Shown one piece after another: positions 26,853-32,000 of a DNA stretch of 32,000 bases. Under the pieces are notes generated by a model. The model was not told the origin of the DNA. It saw only the letters and a program-made list of their open reading frames with translations, and searched no databases. The position numbers and the translations under genes were made by a program. Source of the stretch: Breznakia blatticola (GTDB lineage: Bacteria > Bacillota_I > Bacilli_A > Erysipelotrichales > Erysipelotrichaceae); NCBI RefSeq assembly GCF_004365815.1, contig NZ_SODD01000021.1, positions 5,685 through 37,684 of the forward strand, read 5' to 3'. The first letter of the stretch is position 1. Each line of letters starts with the position of its first letter.

Positions 26853-26881
26853 TAATGTTAAGTAAGGATGGAGGTTAAGCG

Positions 26882-28117
26882 ATGCAGGCAAAACAGTATT
26901 ATGCTAGTTTGGAATTAGCAGATGATGAGCTACGCTTGATTATAGGGGAATTCTATATGTCGCGGTTCAATCCATTAAAAGTTGAACGCGTCAAGACCGA
27001 CGGAATACAAAAGAAACGAATTGTGAACCCAACAGTTGTTGCTGCTTCAATCGTAACGATGTTGGATGCAGTGGAGAAAAGCTTAGGTTTTCGCCTAAAA
27101 AGTATTATTTTGTGTATACCTTCTGCAGATGTGAAATGCATTAAGCGAAGAGTAAACGTGCCAATTGAAGAAGGCAGTCGTAGAATCCGTACAAGTCATG
27201 CACGTTTAGGAATAGAAAAAGCGATCGATTCATTCCAAATTGATGGATATGAATTTGTAAATATAGGTTCAATCACATATATAAATGGAGGTATTGCTTC
27301 TCGAACATTACCCGTTGATGAACGCTCAGAAACGTTAACAATGGATATTGATTTTATTTGTGCAAAACAGGAAGTAGTTCATGAATTTGTCTTATGTGTA
27401 GAAAATGCAGGACTACGAGTAGCTGATATTTGTTTAGATACATATGCGATTGCTGAAGAAGCAGCAATTATTGAAGGATCGATGGACAAATATGTTGTGC
27501 TCACAAATTTTGAAAAGTACGATACCGATTTAGCGTTATTTTACAAAGGTCGATTTATGGGATGTGAATCTCTAGGGTTTGGTTATGAGAGACTTGCACA
27601 AGTAATTCGTCGTAAATTTAGACTTACAGAGAAAGAAGCGACAGACTTATTAAAAGAGTCAGCGATTTTTCCAACATATGAAAGAGATGATTCTATTATC
27701 TATATTTACAGTGAAAAAGAAGAGTATCGCGAAATTACGCGAAAAGAAATATATAGTGCAATTGAAGAAGAATTGCAACATTGGATTGTTGGTGTCAATG
27801 AAGCCAATGAGATGATTGCTCAAACTGGACAAGCCCGTATGGTGCTAGCTGGTTCGGGAGCAGATATCTTAGGTATGGAAAGTATAAAAGATCGATTCAT
27901 ATTGGATTGTTCAGTTTACATTCCTTCAACGATAGGAACAAGAAGAAGTTGTTACAGTGCAGTGCTTGGAGCGATTTATACACATAAAAAATTGCAAGCA
28001 CTTGTACATATGCAAAGTGAAGGTGTTGAAATTTCAACCGAAAGTGTTCGTCAGTTACAAAAAGAAGACGACAATGCATTCACGAAGAAGTTAAAGAAAA
28101 TTTTATTAAACAAATAG
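26882..28117 (+). CDS. ftsA: Cell division protein FtsA (actin-like)
   Basis: 411 aa. Actin/HSP70-fold pattern (YASLELADDELRLIIGE..., LAGSGADILG), C-terminal basic amphipathic tail FTKKLKKILLNK, and position immediately upstream of ftsZ. Confidence 0.85.
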   Translation: MQAKQYYASLELADDELRLIIGEFYMSRFNPLKVERVKTDGIQKKRIVNPTVVAASIVTMLDAVEKSLGFRLKSIILCIPSADVKCIKRRVNVPIEEGSRRIRTSHARLGIEKAIDSFQIDGYEFVNIGSITYINGGIASRTLPVDERSETLTMDIDFICAKQEVVHEFVLCVENAGLRVADICLDTYAIAEEAAIIEGSMDKYVVLTNFEKYDTDLALFYKGRFMGCESLGFGYERLAQVIRRKFRLTEKEATDLLKESAIFPTYERDDSIIYIYSEKEEYREITRKEIYSAIEEELQHWIVGVNEANEMIAQTGQARMVLAGSGADILGMESIKDRFILDCSVYIPSTIGTRRSCYSAVLGAIYTHKKLQALVHMQSEGVEISTESVRQLQKEDDNAFTKKLKKILLNK

Positions 28118-28137
28118 GAAAGAGAGGGAAACTCAGG

Positions 28138-29244
28138 ATGAGTGATAATGAATTCAAGAAAGTAGTTACAATAAAGGTCTTCGGAGTCGGAGGCGGAGGT
28201 TGTAACGCTGTGAATCGTATGGTTAATGAAGGTGTACAAGGAGTTGAATTCTTTGTCGCTAATACAGACTTACAAGTACTTAATACTTCTCCAGTAGAAA
28301 ATAAAATTGTACTTGGTATGGGAGTAACAAAAGGTCAAGGAGCTGGTAGTGATCCAGAAGTTGGACGCAAAGCTGCTTTAGAAACAGAAAATGAAATTCG
28401 TGAAGCGATTAAAGGTAGTGACATGGTGTTCATTACTGCAGGTCTTGGTGGAGGTACTGGAACTGGTGCTGCACCACTATTTGCGAAAATTGCAAAAGAA
28501 GAAGGAGCTTTAACGGTTGGTATTGTTACAAAACCTTTTAGTTTTGAAGGTGGAACAAGAATGAAACAAGCCGAAATGGGATTAACAGAACTTAAGGAAA
28601 GTGTTGACTCATTAATTATCGTTTCAAACAATAACTTGTTAGAAGTGATTGGACGTAAACCATTAATTGAAGCATTTGAAGCTGCAGATAATGTACTACG
28701 TCAAGGTGTACAAACAATTACCGATTTAATTGCTGCTCCAGCACTTATTAACTTGGACTTCGCTGATGTTAAAACAACAATGATGGACCAAGGAAAAGCA
28801 CTAATTGGTGTGGGTATGGCTGATGGTGAAGATAAAGCAAAAGTTGCTGCTGATAAAGCAATTCAATCACCATTACTAGAAGCAAAAATTACAGGAGCGA
28901 AAAAAGCAATCATTAACATCACTGGTGGTGAAAACGTAAGTTTATATGATGCAGATGACGCAACTGAATATATTAAGGAAGCTGCAGGAGGAGATATCGA
29001 TACGATTTTTGGGGTAGCGATCAATCCAGCACTTCAAGATAAGATTATTGTTACGGTAATCGCAACGGGCTTTGCTGATGAAGTTAAAGCAAAACCTGAA
29101 AAGAAAGTGGATGAACATCCAATCGAAACATTTGATTTTACAGCTCGTCAACGTGAAACGGTACAACCAACACGTACAAACGAAGTAGAAATCGAAGAGA
29201 TTGAAGACGATAGCATTCCAGTATTCTTCAAAAAAAGAAACTAA
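28138..29244 (+). CDS. ftsZ: Cell division GTPase FtsZ
   Basis: 368 aa. IKVFGVGGGGCNAVNRM and tubulin signature GLGGGTGTGAAP, plus C-terminal conserved peptide DDSIPVFFKKR. Confidence 0.98.
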   Translation: MSDNEFKKVVTIKVFGVGGGGCNAVNRMVNEGVQGVEFFVANTDLQVLNTSPVENKIVLGMGVTKGQGAGSDPEVGRKAALETENEIREAIKGSDMVFITAGLGGGTGTGAAPLFAKIAKEEGALTVGIVTKPFSFEGGTRMKQAEMGLTELKESVDSLIIVSNNNLLEVIGRKPLIEAFEAADNVLRQGVQTITDLIAAPALINLDFADVKTTMMDQGKALIGVGMADGEDKAKVAADKAIQSPLLEAKITGAKKAIINITGGENVSLYDADDATEYIKEAAGGDIDTIFGVAINPALQDKIIVTVIATGFADEVKAKPEKKVDEHPIETFDFTARQRETVQPTRTNEVEIEEIEDDSIPVFFKKRN

Positions 29245-29268
29245 AAATGGGGGGAACTCCATTTTTAT
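29243..29268 (+). terminator. Intrinsic terminator after ftsZ
   Basis: AAAAATGGGG-GGAA-CTCCATTTTT. GNRA-type tetraloop, one G-U pair, then a U-tract. Confidence 0.7.
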
Positions 29269-29309
29269 ATTGTAAAAATGTCAATGAAAGAAAATAAGGG
29301 GGATTCATA

Positions 29310-30626
29310 ATGACAGAAAAGACGAATAATTTACTTATTCAAATTGATGAAAAGCCATCACCGAAGATTTGGGCTTTTCTGAGCGTACAACATGTGTTTG
29401 CCATGTTTGGAGCAACAATTCTTGTACCAATCTTGACAGGATATCCTGTATCTGTAGCAATCTTTGCTTCAGGAATTGGAACACTGATTTACATCTTTTG
29501 TACCAAAGCGAAAGTTCCTGTATATTTAGGAAGTTCGTTTGCCTATATTGGTGCCGTAAATTCAGCAGTTCTTTCTATGAATGGAGATATCTCAGCAGCA
29601 CAAACTGGACTAATGCTAGTAGGTTTGATTTATGTGGGAGCTGCATTACTTATTAAAGTGATTGGAAAAAACTGGATTGATAAGTTGTTGCCACCAATTG
29701 TAATTGGTCCAATGATTGCAGTTATTGGGTTAGGACTTGCAGGAAGTGCTGTGGGAAATGCTGGATTTACAGCAGATGGTACGTTAGGTCAAATGTTAGT
29801 TGCAATTATTACATTTTTATCTGCTGCATTAATTTCAACGAAAGCAAAGGGTTTTCTAAAGATTGTTCCATTCCTATGTGCAATTATTATTGGATATATT
29901 GCAGCACTAGTTATTCCAATGCTTGGAATTGGTGAGCCAATTGTAGATTTCTCACCATTTGAAACAGCGAAATTATTTGAAGTGCCTGCATTTGCATTTC
30001 CATTTGCACTGGGAGACTTTAAACAATATAACTTATATTTTGGACCTGAAACACTTGCGATGTTACCAGTTGCAATTGTTACAATTTCAGAACACATTGG
30101 TGATCACACGGTTTTAGGAAAAATTTGTGGAAAAAATTTCTTAAAAGATCCTGGGTTAGATCGCACCTTAACTGGAGATGGTGTAGCTACTGCAGTTAGT
30201 GCATTTATTGGGGGACCAGCCAATACAACATATGGAGAAAATACTGGTGTTATTGGTATGACACGTATTGGTTCTGTTTATGTAATTGGTGGAGCTGCAT
30301 GTTTTGCAATCGTATTATCGTTCTGTGGATATGTTAGTGCGGCAATTCAAACAATCCCTAATTGTGTACTTGGTGGTATGGGAATTATGCTATATGGAGT
30401 TATCGCAAGTAATGGATTACGCGTACTTGTAGATAACCAAGTCGATTTCTCAAAACAAAGAAACTTAATTATCGCTAGTGCAATGCTTGTTGTTGGTCTT
30501 GGTGGAGCTGTTTTCCCATTAGGTGGCGCTGCAACATTATCAGGAACTGCGTTAAGTGCATTAGTTGGAGTTATCTTAAACTTAATCTTGCCAAAAGCAG
30601 ATGATGAACACGTAGTTGAATTATAA
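29310..30626 (+). CDS. pyrP: NCS2/NAT-family nucleobase permease, most like uracil permease
   Basis: 438 aa and polytopic. LSVQHVFAMFGATILVP and YLGSSFAYIG resemble PyrP/UraA. Substrate assignment is by resemblance only. Confidence 0.8.
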   Translation: MTEKTNNLLIQIDEKPSPKIWAFLSVQHVFAMFGATILVPILTGYPVSVAIFASGIGTLIYIFCTKAKVPVYLGSSFAYIGAVNSAVLSMNGDISAAQTGLMLVGLIYVGAALLIKVIGKNWIDKLLPPIVIGPMIAVIGLGLAGSAVGNAGFTADGTLGQMLVAIITFLSAALISTKAKGFLKIVPFLCAIIIGYIAALVIPMLGIGEPIVDFSPFETAKLFEVPAFAFPFALGDFKQYNLYFGPETLAMLPVAIVTISEHIGDHTVLGKICGKNFLKDPGLDRTLTGDGVATAVSAFIGGPANTTYGENTGVIGMTRIGSVYVIGGAACFAIVLSFCGYVSAAIQTIPNCVLGGMGIMLYGVIASNGLRVLVDNQVDFSKQRNLIIASAMLVVGLGGAVFPLGGAATLSGTALSALVGVILNLILPKADDEHVVEL

Positions 30627-30631
30627 AACAT

Positions 30632-30660
30632 AGGAGAGTTGTGTAACTCTCTTTTCTTTA
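30632..30660 (+). terminator. Intrinsic terminator after the permease gene
   Basis: AGGAGAGTT-gtgt-AACTCTCTT followed by TTCTTT. Confidence 0.75.
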
Positions 30661-30695
30661 TATATGGTAGAATGGTAAAAAAAGAGAGGGATATT

Positions 30696-31349
30696 ATGAA
30701 TAAAAGAATTGCATTATTGGTATATCCAGCATTTAGTATGCAAGAAATATCAAGTTTAAGTTATGTATTGCGTTGGAATAGTGACACATTTACTGACATT
30801 ATCGCAACAAGTAAAGAGGTTGTAATAAGTGAAGAGGGTATTCAGGTTATGCCTAATAAAACAGTAGATGAGTTTTCTGTTGATGATTATGATTGTTTGG
30901 TATTATCAGGGTGTAGTGATTTTCGTATAGCATTACGAGATCAAAAGCTCAAAGCGTTTTTAGAAAGTTTAAAATACACGCAGGATTTTTTGATTGGTGC
31001 AATTTGTGCAGGTCCAGTATTTCTTGCACAAGCAGGTTTATTGAAAGGGAAAAAGTATACGGATTCTTTATTTGCAGAAATGCATGAATTACTTCCTTTT
31101 ATAGAAGCGGATAATTTTGTTGCTGCACCTGTTGTTGAAGATGGAAACATCGTTACTGCAAATGGAAGTGCATTTAATGCATTTGCAGTACATATAGCTA
31201 GACGACTTGGGTATATACTTCCAGATAAAATTATGTCTGGCTATATTGATGATTATAAGGAAGAAGATTATGTTCATCATTTACCTGAAGAAGGACTGAA
31301 GGAGTTTATCGAAGAGTTTGCTGATATAATTGAAAGTAAGTCAATATAA
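30696..31349 (+). CDS. DJ-1/PfpI (class I glutamine amidotransferase-like) family protein
   Basis: 217 aa from ATG 30696 (RBS GAGAGGGA; extended -10 TGgTAGAAT at 30665-30673). Nucleophile-elbow motif GAICAGPVFLAQAG and an acidic C-terminal tail. The track start at 30639 lies inside the upstream terminator. Confidence 0.8.
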   Translation: MNKRIALLVYPAFSMQEISSLSYVLRWNSDTFTDIIATSKEVVISEEGIQVMPNKTVDEFSVDDYDCLVLSGCSDFRIALRDQKLKAFLESLKYTQDFLIGAICAGPVFLAQAGLLKGKKYTDSLFAEMHELLPFIEADNFVAAPVVEDGNIVTANGSAFNAFAVHIARRLGYILPDKIMSGYIDDYKEEDYVHHLPEEGLKEFIEEFADIIESKSI

Positions 31350-31352
31350 TAC

Positions 31353-31385
31353 AAAAAAGGCTATCCAATTTGGATAGCCTTTTCA
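31353..31385. terminator. Bidirectional terminator shared by the DJ-1 gene (+) and tRNA-Leu (-)
   Basis: AAAAAAGGCTATCCA-att-TGGATAGCCTTTTC. Confidence 0.8.
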
Positions 31386-31392
31386 TTTAACT

Positions 31393-31479
31393 TGGTGCCC
31401 GAGACCGGAGTCGAACCGGTACGATATCACTATCGGCGGATTTTGAGTCCACTGCGTCTACCAATTTCACCACTCGGGC
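31393..31479 (-). tRNA. tRNA-Leu (anticodon CAA), class II with long variable arm, CCA encoded
   Basis: Revcomp reads GCCCGAGTGGTGAAATTGGTAGACGCAGTGGACTCAAAATCCGCCGATAGTGATATCGTACCGGTTCGACTCCGGTCTCGGGCACCA. The acceptor stem is GCCCGAG/CTCGGGC, the anticodon loop is CUCAAAA, and the T-loop is GGTTCGACTCC. Confidence 0.95.
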
Positions 31480-31490
31480 AACTGTTAATT

Positions 31491-31519
31491 ATTATATATG
31501 AGATGATTCGATTGTGCAA
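31491..31519 (-). promoter_or_regulatory. Candidate tRNA-Leu promoter: TTGCAC-17 nt-TATAAT
   Basis: Minus strand: the -35 is the revcomp of 31514-31519 and the -10 the revcomp of 31491-31496. The -10 ends 11 nt upstream of the mature tRNA 5' end. Confidence 0.6.
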
Positions 31520-31653
31520 CAACAAACATATGATTGGTGGAAGAAAATGCAAAAACTTTGGAATTTTTGGATGGATAATACTTATAAATTGTGTTATTAT
31601 GAATAAGCACCTTACAAAACACTAAAAACTTTCCATTTCTTGGAAATATTGTA

Positions 31654-31682
31654 TTGACACTGTGGTGCGTAAATGATATTAT
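31654..31682 (+). promoter_or_regulatory. rRNA-operon promoter P1: TTGACA-17 nt-TATTAT with TGa extended -10
   Basis: TTGACA at 31654-31659 and TATTAT at 31677-31682, followed by CAACAGGCAC. Confidence 0.7.
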
Positions 31683-31706
31683 CAACAGGCACTACTCAGA
31701 AAGAAC

Positions 31707-31728
31707 CTTCTATTCTATAGAATAGAAG
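31707..31728. repeat. Perfect 22-bp palindrome CTTCTATTCTATAGAATAGAAG between P1 and P2
   Basis: The sequence equals its own reverse complement. It sits about +19 to +40 relative to the predicted P1 start and ends 28 nt upstream of the P2 -35. Confidence 0.9.
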
Positions 31729-31755
31729 AAAGTTAATTTTGCTAGAAATTAGCGA

Positions 31756-31784
31756 TTGACATCGAGTGGTTGAAATGATAATAT
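31756..31784 (+). promoter_or_regulatory. rRNA-operon promoter P2: TTGACA-17 nt-TAATAT with TGa extended -10
   Basis: TTGACA at 31756-31761 and TAATAT at 31779-31784. Confidence 0.7.
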
Positions 31785-31846
31785 CAATTAGGCTTGCTCA
31801 TAACTTTGAGATGACAAAATAACTGAAATAAAGTTAAAAAAAGTCG

Positions 31847-31875
31847 TTGACATGAATATGTGTGAGTGGTATTAT
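31847..31875 (+). promoter_or_regulatory. rRNA-operon promoter P3: TTGACA-17 nt-TATTAT with TGg extended -10 and A-rich upstream element
   Basis: TTGACA at 31847-31852 and TATTAT at 31870-31875. It is preceded by AAATAAAGTTAAAAAAAG and followed by TAACAGGCAC, as for P1. Confidence 0.7.
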
Positions 31876-31884
31876 TAACAGGCA

Positions 31885-31934
31885 CGGTTGAGATAACCGA
31901 TGCGAAAAAAGAAGTGATTAGATCTTTTAAAACT
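31885..31934 (+). promoter_or_regulatory. rrn leader antitermination-like elements: boxB-like hairpin and boxA-like sequence
   Basis: CGGTT-gagat-AACCG at 31885-31899. GATCTTTTAAAACTG at 31921-31935 resembles the Firmicute rrn leader consensus GTTCTTTGAAAACT. The 16S gene itself is not within the window. Confidence 0.55.
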
Positions 31935-32000
31935 GAATAGGAAACGTCAATTTCGAAACAAAAATTCACGGAAAACAAAAACAACTAAAAACACGCAAAG

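Noticed and set aside
29245-29309. Search for a PyrR-binding attenuator or riboswitch upstream of the uracil permease
   Set aside because: Only 65 nt are available and most belong to the ftsZ terminator. I saw no ARUCCAGAGAGG-type PyrR loop or alternative hairpins.
1368-30631. Many 60-130-aa minus-strand or alternate-frame ORFs nested in large genes. Examples are 2156-2455, 3388-3696, 5103-5465, 10097-10423, 13348-13530, 15532-15885, 16061-16462, 18263-18622, 23789-24145, 28335-28631, 29369-29656 and 29789-30097.
   Set aside because: Each is fully embedded in a plus-strand gene with clear family motifs. They lack RBSs and have biased Ser/Phe/Leu/Ile/His composition, typical of antisense frames in AT-rich DNA. 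There is no evidence of overlapping genes.
31572-31600. Possible fourth upstream promoter, TGGATA-17-TGtTATTAT
   Set aside because: The -35 matches only 3 of 6 positions. AT-rich spacers generate many TATTAT-like hexamers, so it is not distinguishable from chance.
31392-31625. 77-aa plus-strand ORF
   Set aside because: It begins on the antisense strand of the tRNA-Leu gene and runs through the tRNA promoter region. It is an artefact.
31630-31646. Inverted repeat TTTCCA-tttct-TGGAAA just upstream of rrn P1
   Set aside because: It has only 6 bp of A/T-rich stem and no convincing U-tract on the plus strand. It may be an insulator or nothing, and the evidence is insufficient.
31784-31984. 66-aa minus-strand ORF at the window end
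   Set aside because: It lies antisense to rrn promoters P2/P3 and the rrn leader, in AT-rich non-coding sequence.
1-32000. Alternative genetic code (Mollicutes-like TGA=Trp), mobile elements, CRISPR, defence islands
   Set aside because: TGA is used as a stop (ylmH, rlmN, rpe) and Trp is encoded by TGG. I saw no direct-repeat/spacer arrays, terminal inverted repeats, or transposase, integrase or phage-like ORFs. Every ORF of 100 aa or more not assigned to a housekeeping-type family is a nested shadow or alternate-frame ORF rejected above.

Overview
This AT-rich window (about mid-30s %GC by eye) is almost entirely plus-strand core chromosome from a low-GC Gram-positive bacterium (Bacillota). 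The class cannot be fixed without a database search. The code is standard code 11, because TGA terminates ylmH, rlmN and rpe. Gene order: hom (minus strand, 3' end off-window), divergent from thrC-thrB-ACT-domain protein; sepF-ylmH-divIVA; Ile T-box leader plus ileS; a small membrane protein (minus); a GNAT acetyltransferase; gltB-gltD; nfeD-SPFH; priA; rsmB-rlmN-stp-prkC-rsgA-rpe-thiN; rpmB (minus); ftsA-ftsZ; an NCS2 uracil-type permease; a DJ-1/PfpI protein; tRNA-Leu(CAA) (minus). The window ends in three tandem consensus promoters and a boxB/boxA-like leader of an rRNA operon whose 16S gene lies beyond the window. I see no CRISPR array, transposase, integrase, phage genes, toxin-antitoxin pair or defence-like genes. 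I do not find a convincing undescribed multi-gene system and will not invent one. The leads worth a second look are mostly non-coding: a perfect 22-bp palindrome between rrn promoters P1 and P2; a terminator-like hairpin between a near-consensus promoter and the gltB ribosome-binding site; a 317-bp ORF-free region at a synteny junction upstream of ftsA; a possibly leaderless priA; and a UPF0735 ACT-domain protein translationally coupled to thrB. All protein calls rest on motifs read from the supplied translations and on gene order. No homology search was run.
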